Below are positions 28,595 through 45,144 of a stretch of 64,000 bases of DNA, piece by piece. Source of the stretch: Tubiluchus corallicola (lineage: Eukaryota > Animalia > Priapulida); the NCBI GenBank assembly GCA_030141605.1, contig JAQGDQ010000375.1, forward strand, positions 163,773 to 227,772, written 5' to 3'. Below the pieces are notes generated by a model. It made no database searches. It saw nothing but the letters and a program-made list of their open reading frames with translations, and was not told where the DNA came from. How positions within the stretch are numbered: position 1 is the first letter of the stretch; every line of letters starts with the position of its first letter. A program made the position numbers and the translations under genes.

Positions 28595-29222
28595 CTTTAG
28601 CAAAGTATATAGTACCCATAGACTTTTTCAGGGATGTCCATTCTATACCTTCAGTGATAATCTGATGTGAGACGAGGAACATCCAAGATGTGGACATACC
28701 AATGCTTCGTAGGTAAAGAGTTAACCAGTCCAACAAGACTGTGTTAATTTCAGTATAAAAATATACTTGTTCCATCTGACTTGATGTAGATCGCAAGTTC
28801 TTCCGGTTCTCTTTTATCAACGCCAACAAAGAATTTTGGCTTCGAAAGTCGCCTGTTCCTCTAGTCCATGTTGCAAAGCTCACATTTTCGAAAGCACCAT
28901 CGGTATTTCTATATTCCTCGGACAGCTTTGCTAAAACGGCCCCAATTGTTGCATTGTTAGTGTCAAATTTCGTGTCTCTTTGTACACTGGACAGGGTCAG
29001 ATACTCCAGCGTTCGGTCTCTTTCCTCCTGAATGACGGTCATGAGGTGGGTTAATGGTCTGAGAGAAGCAAATGTGTCTGCTAAGTTATTGATTTCTCGA
29101 ACCATGCTAGCATTTTTTCCGATTTTCGTCGCACCTTGTGCAATGACGATTAGAACAGGTACAAAGCTCACAACAGCTGCTACTAGTGGCAGCCATAACT
29201 TGACGGGTCTTTCTGATGACAT
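28595..29222 (-). CDS. NIT-domain membrane protein A, exon 1 (TM1 plus NIT N-terminal part)
   Basis: N-terminal TM; LMTVIQEERD, LSEEYRNTD, FYTEINTVLLDWL and WMFLVSHQ...MGTIYFAKG match the NIT pattern of animal NIT-GCs; AAG|GTAGGT donor. Confidence 0.85.
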
Positions 29223-30533
29223 TTTAAAACAAAGTAGTAATATAACAATACAACAGACTGTTCAGAAAATTCCTGAGCACTAGAAACACTTGGTATTAGC
29301 GTTGAGCTTTTAGATACTGTGCATCGTAAACTTTGGGTTTTAACCAGTTGTGACAGTAAAAGATGGAAGTTGGAGCCGCCTGGGGGCAACAAATATCAAG
29401 ACATTCTGCGTCTTTCCCTATGCCATCAGTCAACCAGCAGGGTCACAAAGTGACACTACTGCGTAAAAGCAAATTTAATATACTTAGTATTAATAAGCAC
29501 TTAATAGCAAAGTCTTACCCAAACTTAAACTGTAAGTCAAAACAATCTACTCTTTTAAATATTGAAAGGAAACATTTTTTTCAAAAATCACTTATCTGAA
29601 AGAATTATTACCACACAAACACAATTTCGCGTTCGCGCCACTAGTTCTTCGCTGTTGCTTGGATTTCGCCATTCGCTAGTTAAAAGGCACTAGCGCCTGC
29701 ATTTTCAGAAACACATTGCACAAAAAACAGGTGCTGCACCTCTCAGATCAGATGCGTTAGTTAGTGATAAACTACACACGTTCGACAGCTTTTGCGTGAG
29801 CCAAGCGGTAATTTTGAAATTTGAATTTTTACCTTAAAACTTGCTTGTTTTAGTATAATACACTAAATATCTTACAGTTATGTTAACTTAAGATTATGTT
29901 AGTGTGTGATGTCATAATTAGTTGGGCTCGCCCGCCGTTAATTAAGATTCTAATCTATTATTTAATTATCAGAAACCCTTTCGCAGTATTATTGATGTTA
30001 AAATATAAAGTTTTACCGTACTTGAAAATGGAGTAGTAGATGAAAAATCATCCTGTCTTCCTTTAAATCTAATCTACAATTGAATTAAAGTAAATGATAT
30101 AATATTTAACAATGTTAAATAAAATTATTGACAAAACGTTTTTACATACAATCGATATATGATTTTATAGTAAGGTACAAAATTTTTATATATTTGTAAG
30201 AAAATAACAGAGCCTGTAGTTTATTTGATTTATTTATTGTAGAATTATTAGTAACGTGTAATAATCTCTAGTCCCAGGAGGTCCTTGAAACAAGAAAACA
30301 TTGTCAGAAGCATACATGCCCAGATCTCAATACTGACTTGTATACTATAATGCATAGTGCTGGTGTGCATGCTTTAGGCAGCGCATAACTGCTGATCCAT
30401 GCAAAAGTGGTCACAACCTTTGCTGTTTCTTGGTATTTCTTCAGGCATTTTTTTCTTTGTTAAAATCGTTTTTATGTTGTACTGTATACGGTAATGAATC
30501 TGATAAGCCGTCACCGCACCGCATCAACTACGG

Positions 30534-31246
30534 TCAACAAATTGGCGTTTCTTGTTGCTGTTGCTCGCCTGTTGGTGATTCTGACTTTTCTTGTTGCTGT
30601 TGCTCGCCTGTCGGTGATTCTGACTTTTCTTGTTGCTGTTGCTCGCCTGTTGGTGATTCTGACTTTTTAATTTCGCTCCCTTCGGCGCAATTGGATAGAT
30701 CGATTATGTTAATTGGACTCTCACGGCGTTCACTGTCCCGGCGTTCTTTTATGCATTCTAAAGATGTATTCCGCTTGGGTGCCGCCTTGGTGTAAACTGA
30801 TACGGACCTAATTGCTGTAGCCATCATGCACCGCATCTGCGATTTGTACACACCTTTAGAAATATCAGACAACACCATGGCTGATATTATCCACAATATT
30901 ACACAGATTATGATAGCAGCAATACCACCCGCCACGCGGGTGGATAACGTGTTCACTAACTCTAACATGTCGTTAGTTATCTCCTTTTCTAGCATCGCTA
31001 TTGCTTTTTTACCGGTGTAGATGTACATTTTACCGAGTTTAACCCACTTGTTAGCAACTGTTATTTTATTCTCTCCAGATGGTCTTCTAGTGTGGTGTTC
31101 CTCTAGTTGTCTTTCTGCTTCTTGCAGTTCTGCTAGTGCTCCTCTGAGCTCATCCGTAGATGGACTCTTGTACCTGGGAACATCAGCGTAATTTCTGAGA
31201 TTTATTTTATTTAAAAACAGTCGATATTCCTCTGATGTTAATCTGC
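30534..31246 (-). CDS. NIT-domain membrane protein B, exon 2
   Basis: ttttctag acceptor at 31247; open frame G|RLTSEEYRLFL...ANKWVKLGK runs into track ORF 30534..31028; TM GGIAAIIICVILWIISAMVL; spliced product 444 aa. Confidence 0.85.
30549..30667 (-). repeat. Three near-perfect 39-bp coding repeats (KSESPTGEQQQQE)
   Basis: Directly visible in DNA and protein. Confidence 0.95.
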
Positions 31247-31694
31247 CTAGAAAAAATAGTAAAATCTTTATTTTGTAAGAGGTCGATAGTCAGAAATTAA
31301 AGCAAAACAAGTTTGCACGTAAGTAGTTCTACACATTTATTCAAAGCTATAATCTAAAAGAATTAAAATGACATTGAATCTTCAAAATACTCTAGAGGCG
31401 AAATCGCGCGTGCTTCAATTATAATTATTAACGTAAACGCAGCTATCGGTAATTTTCGAATAAAGTGAATTTGTAAGATTTTTTTGTTACAGAAAGTAAG
31501 TAGCAAATGAATTGTGCTACTTCTAGCTAATACATTTTTCAAAGTGAGAAAGATTGTTTTTGTTGTTGTTGTTGTTGTTGCACAAATTTTAATGTATTTA
31601 TAGCAAATCCATGTGTCTTCTGAACTGACTTGAGATTACAAAATTGACATCAACTCGAACTGACAAAAAAAGCAAAAAATTACCAAATGCATAC

Positions 31695-32316
31695 CTTGAA
31701 GAAAGTATACTGTTCCCAACGTTTTTACCACGGACGCCCACACCACATGTTCAACCAGTGTTTGGTACAGCAGAACTTTTTCCCATAAAACTGTTTCTAT
31801 GGATCTTAGAGGTAACTTCATCAGACTTAACAATTCGTTGTTGAACTTTTGAAAGTACTGTATTTGATTCATAGTATTCCAGGTAACTAACGCTTTCCTT
31901 TTAGAACGAATGTGAGCAGCGAGTTCTTTTGGTGTTCTAAACAAACCGTGTCCTCTAACCCACAAGTTCATACTAGCGCTAGCCAGCACGCTATCAGTGT
32001 GTGCATGTCGTTTCTTTAACTCATCCAAAACTAAAGTCAAAATGCGATTCCTATCATCACTAGATATAATCTTGGTGACGTTGTTCAGTGTCCCATACTC
32101 GACAGATTTTTCTAGTTCTTCTTGTAAGGCTAACACAATTTTACTAAAAGGAATCACAGAATTTTTGAATTTCAAGTCAATCACATCCACTTCTCGAGTC
32201 TCAGCCAAAGCCCACTTTATCCAGAATGAGTTTTGTACCACCACAATTATGCACACGATTAAACTAAGCCCGATAACAAAAGAAATGCAAATACGCAGGA
32301 GAAGTTTATTTTCCAT
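31695..32316 (-). CDS. NIT-domain membrane protein B, exon 1
   Basis: N-terminal TM; VLALQEELE, LKKRHAHTD, YFQKFNNELL, LWEKVLLYQ...LGTVYFLQG; AAG|GTATGC donor at the same codon position as paralog A. Confidence 0.85.
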
Positions 32317-32699
32317 GATTCAAGCTGTCAGATAATACGTTTGTAGTTCACAAGTGAAAGAGAAATAAAATAAATTTAGTGTCAGTAAAGGAGTATAAAT
32401 AATTCCAAGCACTCAAGCATATAAATTTAGCTCGCGGGTGAAAATAAAACGTAATCGATACCATGTTTGTATTTGGTCCGTAGTATCATACCAACACCAT
32501 TTAGTTCGTGCAAAGGATAATGTAGGTAGGCTGAGTGTCACTTTGTCAAATACTTTTTGTCAGTTTTGTCACCTAGTCTCCGAGGTGAATGGCCGTGCTC
32601 TCGCGCCCTGCGATAATCAGTGTAGTGGAACGTAACAATAATTGAATTTACGTCACGCATAGTGTTTAGCTAGCATGTTATTTAAAGAATAGTGAAAAG

Positions 32700-38633
<5,934 letters not shown>

Positions 38634-38809
38634 AATGTATTTGTTAATGAAGAAACAGAAAAACATTTAGCATTTTATGGCAACTTAGTTAGTTAATTTT
38701 TTTAAGAACGGTGCAATTTGATGTACCTTTACCGTTATCATTGCTCAGTTGATCATTGGCTCAACTCATTCACTCACGCACGCACACAATTGCTTCATAA
38801 TTACATAAC

Positions 38810-39075
38810 TTTTGAAATCAAATTTACTTGAAAAGACAAGACAAGAAATGCGAAAAAAATTGTGGCACAGTATGAATTTGAACCAGGGACCTTACATTTA
38901 ATTGGCGGATGTCATAACCCCATAACCACTAGACTACCGGTATTGGCACCATGGTAATTATAGCCGTGTAGACTGTAGTCTGTATGTCGGTTGTGGAATT
39001 TACCAGGTAAGGTCCGTACTTCAAACTCAGGATGTGTCACGCTATTTTCTGCCTTTCAAGTAAGTTTGGTTTCAT
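38810..39075. mobile_element. Inverted pair of decayed tRNA-derived SINE copies
   Basis: tgaaatcaaatttacttgaaaagaca (~38813) is complementary to tgcctttcaagtaagtttggtttca (~39050); minus-strand A/B-box-like ggtagtctagtggtta...ggtccctggttcaaatt. Confidence 0.55.
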
Positions 39076-39799
39076 TTCTGCAGGAGGTTTATTTCTACCG
39101 GTACTTTGAAAGATCTTTGCTTTAGTTTTGTCAGGGTAAAATTTAAATTCTAACTGTATTGCAGTTTTCATGGTAAAAATGCCATCACGATAGCGTAAAT
39201 CTCAGCGTCTGCAAGAGATGGCGCTAGCAGCTTACGCTTCCATATATTAGTCTGTTTTTCATATATTAGAACACATTGGATGTTAAAAACGAAAAAGCAG
39301 CGAATTGCTCAGCTAGGATGCTGCCATGCTAGAATCTAGTCACCACACCGAAAATAAAAAGTATGCTTACATGTATTAGAAGTATTATCATTTTCACCGC
39401 TCTGACACTGAGAAGACTCTGATCAGACTGAGATTACTATTATCATCATCGCTAGTAAGTGCTGCCACCTAACGCGAGTGAAATAAGTTGTATCTGCGTA
39501 AAATACTCCTCATAAAATCTCCTCATCACCTCTATAATCACGTGAGCGAATTGCTTAAAAATTTTATTTTTTTCTTGAACGTCTTTCTTAAACGAAAAAA
39601 TGTAGCACAGCTAGCGTCATAAAACGTAGCATAGTAAACAACTTCTTTACAAATCTGTAAATACAAGATAGTTTAAATAAAGAATTACGCTTATCATTGT
39701 TTATGCCTCACATTATTTACCCCGTTGCATCTTATCTCCATCTCGTAAACGTAAGAATAGATTAATTTGCAATATCTAGCGTAATATTGTAGCCGAAAG

Positions 39800-39902
39800 A
39801 GTTTACAATTCCCCACACTAACGCAGATTTTAACCCTAAGCATAAGCATAACCTTAATCCGCATAACCATAATTAATTTTTTGTGTGGGGGAATTGTAAA
39901 CT
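39800..39902. mobile_element. Small MITE-like inverted repeat
   Basis: agtttacaattccccacac ... gtgtgggggaattgtaaact flank taaccc/taagca-type hexamers. Confidence 0.55.
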
Positions 39903-40519
39903 TTAACTAATATAGCTAAAATTATTAATTAAATACAATTATAACAGTATAAAAGAAACAACAATACAAAATACATCAAGTTTTGAACTAATATGACAGC
40001 TGAACAAAGATGAATTACGCTGCTTTCTGTCCCCGTAAATTTTACTGAAACGTAAAATACTGTCCCAAATCCACTATTCGTCCAGGCTCAAAGACTCGAG
40101 AATAACTGACAATCATCTGCACGTAAAGACAGTCTTTAATATCAGTTCAGTTCATCTTAAGCCGATTTAGTCTCTATGAAACTGGATTATTTCACCTCGG
40201 TGCAGCAGAAAATGCGCAGGATGAATCTAATATAGATCGTAATGACTTGATCTAAAAGCAACACGTTTAATGCTAGAGAGATGTGTCAGCGGAAGTGGTG
40301 TAGCGTGCTCGCTTCCCGAAAACGCCCAAAATGTGAATGACTTCGGTTTATTTCCAACCAAAATTTTTCTTCCTTCCAAATTATCTATGTTATTTGGTGT
40401 TATCTCTAACCCCATGTCGTTGAGGCAGCGAGCATGCATGATGCTACAAACACACAATGAATTCAATTTCAAAACCAAAGTTTGAAAAACTGGAAACATG
40501 AAAGAGTTATACCAAAGCC

Positions 40520-40580
40520 TTTGTTCGAACCGAGGACCTGCTTTACAAAGCAGACGCCATAACCACTAGCCTACCGTGTT
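40520..40580 (-). mobile_element. tRNA-like SINE head
   Basis: ggtaggctagtggttatggcgtctgctttgtaaagcaggtcctcggttcgaac: A box and B box present, no intact acceptor stem; same family as the copy near 38880. Confidence 0.6.
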
Positions 40581-41385
40581 TCCTAGCGATCAACTTAGCT
40601 GACCAATTTCAGCATTTCCAAGATCGCTCACGCGATTCTAGATATATTTTAATTATGATTCATTTTGAACCTGAACTTTACATCGGTAATTACTTAATTA
40701 TTTGCAGTCTTTATATACACAATGATTTGGTGAATTATTGTAAATGCTGTCGTTTTTTATTTATTGTGTTATATGACGATTATATCTAACATGCGGGTTT
40801 TTTTCTACGTAGTTTTTTCGATTTACTTATATATATTGGAACGAATTGCATTGTAATGCAATTGATCGTCGATATACAACCAGAAAAAGTTATCAAGATT
40901 ACTACTTTCTTGCTAATCTAGAATTCTGTAATGATATTTATACGCTTATTGTGAGGTACGTAAGGTACGTTGATGAGATACAACATACATCTTATCTAAT
41001 CAAATACGTAAGATACTAAAATTTTAATTATTTTACTTTTAAACATATATTTGAAAAACAAAAATTCTTTATAATATGAGATTTAATTCGACCCGGTAAG
41101 AACTGTTTAATTATTTTATATCTGATTGTAATTTCTGTATTTTTACTGTCAAATGCAGGTCGCTGATCCAGTTACTGGCAATAATTGCTGCAGCAATGGA
41201 AACGGTTTAGTTATAATACAAATACGTTAAACGGAGTCAGGGAGGGGTTAGTTATTAAAATTCACCTGGTTATTAATGCTATGTAGTTCAGTTTATTATT
41301 ATAACCGCGGATATAACATGCTTATGGGACATACGCTTACAGCTGTTGTTGTTTCTTAAAGTGTGATTTGAAAAACTGAAATTTC

Positions 41386-41928
41386 TTAAAATGAAAATGC
41401 CCACACCCAAGGATTTTTGGCATTCATAGGATAAGTGCAAAGCGCTTTGTAATGTGGAACAACAAATTTATTGTACATTACCCATGAGATAATAATAAGT
41501 ACAATAAAGGCTACAAAACAACGCGATCGAATTTTGTTCAAAAGGCGCCAAAAGAAGGATGGCGGTTTGGGCCCTTTCTTTCCGCAGACGGTGCATGTAA
41601 GTACGTGCTCGTATGAAGTGTCGTCAAAAGAAATATTGGTGTCCGATTCATCTACAACTTTGTTCAAGATGAGGAACTTTTCATTTTCCACATTTCCGGC
41701 TCCAAGCTGCACGACGACTCTCACTTGCGCAGATTCTCCCGGTTGCAAGTAACCTCTGGCTGGTTGAACACGAAATTTTTGGGGAGAAGTGGTGAAAACG
41801 TTGAACCAGACGACTTGCTTGGTGCGATTACTCAAGGAAATGATAGCAGAGTTGTTTCCTAAGTCTATCCCGTTAGATGGTTCCACTGTTAGCAACGGTC
41901 CATCCTTTCGATTAGCAGATCTTTGCAT
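41386..41928 (-). CDS. MSP-domain tail-anchored protein 1 (VAP/MOSPD2-like), 180 aa
   Basis: LTVEP...ISLSN...VWFNVFTTSPQKFRVQPARGYLQPGES...EKFLI...EHVLTC, then TM CFVAFIVLIIISWVMY. Confidence 0.9.
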   Translation of the reverse strand: MQRSANRKDGPLLTVEPSNGIDLGNNSAIISLSNRTKQVVWFNVFTTSPQKFRVQPARGYLQPGESAQVRVVVQLGAGNVENEKFLILNKVVDESDTNISFDDTSYEHVLTCTVCGKKGPKPPSFFWRLLNKIRSRCFVAFIVLIIISWVMYNKFVVPHYKALCTYPMNAKNPWVWAFSF

Positions 41929-42327
41929 GTTGTTGTTGTTGTTAAAAATTAGGCAGTTATTTCAGAATTGTTTGTCGCGGTTAACAAATCTTGTTTATTA
42001 TCCTGTGCTAAACAAAAAGTGGCCCATTATTCTTCAGAATTTATTACGAGCTACAGGAATTAAAAATATCGAAATTAGATGTAGATTTAAGTTATATGAA
42101 TAATAAAGACACAAATAAAACCCTACAAGTGATGACTGGAACTAAACAATAAACGTTATATTGAGTTTTAAGAATTCTTTGGTTTCACTAGAACATAATT
42201 CTCATAGCTGCTGCCTACGCTTTGTGTTTTATCACTTATATTTCCATTTGCAATTTGAAATTCTGAGTATTCGAAAACACAATATCCAAAATTCGATGTA
42301 CTTTTCTTTACATTGTAGTAATAATAG

Positions 42328-42931
42328 TTAAAATGGCAAAGCAGCGTAGTAAAGCACTTTGTAGTGAGGGTGCCTTGTCAATAAAATATGATAAAAAATA
42401 AAAATAATACAAACAAATAACGCGCAGGCGCAGAACCAAGTTAAATCTAAAATTTTCTCAAATTGACAGCATTTCGGCATTATGGCAGGTTGTGTGAAAT
42501 TTAAAGCTTCTTCTATAAAACAAGGCAACATGTGTTCATTTATGATGCTGGATTTTCCAGATTCGATGCACGTTGTATTAGATACGTCCTTACTAATGAC
42601 CAGAACTTTATCATTTTCAATGCTACTCCCTGGCATCGCCATCACTTGAATTTCTCTCGTTTCACCTGGTGTTAAATGACCACATGCAGGACGCACTCTA
42701 AATTTCGCTGGGCTTGTCGTTAAGACAACATAGCTGACAACAAAGGAGCAATGGTTTGTTAAAGAAAACTCAGAAGAGTTTTGCACAAATTTGATGCCGT
42801 CCGATGGCTTGACGATAATCAGCTTCGAACTGGAACGTCCTAAATCGTTTATCACTTTGGTGCTTAAGCGAGCCACTGTCTCTCCAAATGACTTGTAAAG
42901 AAAGTGTGAGTTTTGAACTTGATTTACGTAC
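42328..42931 (-). CDS. MSP-domain tail-anchored protein 2, terminal exon (start exon unresolved)
   Basis: ttattttag acceptor at 42932 with open frame into the ORF; VKPSDGI...LTN...YVVLTTSPAKFRVRPACGHLTPGET...EHMLPC; C-terminal TM. No in-frame ATG before the domain. Confidence 0.85.
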
Positions 42932-45144
42932 CTAAAATAACAAATAAAGAATTAGTTTGACAACGTTCATGTCTACAACAATTTAATTATCTAATCTCAT
43001 CTAATCAACAATCTAATCAACAATCGAATGTATTTCATTGCTGATTATATGAGGCAAATATTATTTGATTAGTACAGTGATAACGTAGTATTGTTAACCA
43101 GTTAAGATCATTCTATGCAAGAGCTTATACACTCTGTACAAATTTCACTATTGTTTATAGGAAATATAACGAATCTTGTTCAAATCGCATTGCAGTAGAT
43201 TTCATTGTAGCAGCATATGGATATCATATAGGAGATATAATACTGCGAAAGTCAGATCGGCGTATAATGTTGCACTTAATGTGCACACAATAAGGTTCCA
43301 CAATTTAAAGTATTAACTAATAAGAGTTGCTACAGCTTAAGAAATCGCATACTTGCAAGTAAAAATGGCATTCTAATTTGTGGCCGTATAAAAGTGTGTA
43401 TAAGTGTATAGTATCTATATGTACTAAATTTACTTATTAGTATAAATTTACTAAATAGATTTAATGAATCATCATCATCAGTTATCGAGAATATACCTTT
43501 AAGATGAGCTACTTAACCGACAGAGGCGTCTCAACCACGTTTTAATATATTAAACATGGTTCCCTCTACGAGACAAACCTCCAAGATTTACAAACGATCC
43601 TACGTGAAGCGAGTATCGAGCCCACACGTCCACATGATGATGGCACTCATATAAAAGCGTGCACGCCTATCCAACTCATGAACGAACAGTCATTAAGCGG
43701 ATGTAATAACGACATCGTTAATTTAGTGACACTTTGTGATACAAGCCCCCAATAATGAAACTGTCATGTCATTTATCGCTAAGGTCCCTGTTTTGTTTTT
43801 GCGTCTATTCTAGGGCCAAACTTACTTATTACGTAAGTAATTCTGTAGTTTGCTGATGACATTTGCTAACTTTACTATACTATGGATATACATATGACTA
43901 TGACAATGACTATGATTATAACTGTGATTATTTCTATAGCCCTGCTTTTAACAACGTACCTTTTTCCTGCTTTCATTTCTCGTTCGTTTCTGACAAAAAT
44001 AATTACAAAGCTCAACCCAGGCACTGTCAATAGGCTTCTTTTTAACAAGATCAATTTTTGTTTTATTTTGTTTGTTTTAATTTTGCCAGATATTTTAACC
44101 TAACAAATGATCAGGCGTGTCTGAAATGAAAGAAGAAACACTGCAAAAGCCTGCAAAGAACTCGATATCAACTGTTGCTTATCCAAAATGGAGAGTGTTA
44201 TGTAACCTTGGTAACATCGTTTCTTGAACATGACGTCATAGATATTTGACTTCATAAATTATTTGGGAGAAACGGAGAAGTACAAAATCTTTTCGACGTT
44301 TAAAACATTAGACAAATTTATAAATTTAGAATTTTAATCGACAGAAACATTTCTAGTTTTTTATTTATTGTTTTATTTTATGGTACCTCTATCAAATGAA
44401 AATGGAATTCTAAACATTTCACCGTTTTTTATTATCAAAGCCCGTTAGCATCTATATCACACAACTAATTCTAAAAGTTAGTCCTTCCACGAAAAATTCT
44501 GAACAAAAATACAAATTTAATTTTTTTATTGACAGGAATAATGGAAACTAATAAAAATTTGACAATTACAAAACAAGAAAAACACTGAGAGTTTAAACTG
44601 CAGTTTATTTTAGGCGAAAGAGAAGCAAAAAATTACATAAAATTAATGGTTAATAATTTCATGTTTTCTATGTTATTAGTGGTGGTGTTGGTGGTGGTGA
44701 TGGTGGTGCTAGCAGCAGCGGCAGCGGCGGCAGCTGTAGTGGTTGTGATTGCAGCAACAATCATGACAATAATGTTACTATTATTTTTTATAATTTTACC
44801 ACCTTCATACTTTAAGCAGGTATTACATTTTTATAATGAACTGCTCAACAGTCAAGTTCTTGTCTTCCATAGTGAATGGGTGTATGAGGCCTTCCCATTG
44901 TTGGTGAGAAGCATACTGAATAATATTCTTTACAATAATTATAAACAACAACAAAAATGAGCGGCTACAGAGGTGATTTGAAAATTTTTGAAATGCTTCA
45001 TGCATAAGAAAATTAAAGAACTAAATACATGTACTGTAAGACTATTCGCCTCTTTTCATTTTTCTTACTTTATTATAAACAATTGCTTTCACGTTTTTTT
45101 AATAACAAGCTTTACAATACACCTACAAAATGTGACGCAGTAAC

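Noticed and set aside
40520-40580. tRNA gene
   Set aside because: A and B boxes are present but there is no complete cloverleaf; related decayed copies nearby indicate a SINE.
43826-43862. ATG mini-exon (MSSANYRITYVI, A|GTAAGT) as first exon of MSP gene 2
   Set aside because: It ends in phase 1 but the 42931 exon needs phase 2; the join gives an immediate stop.
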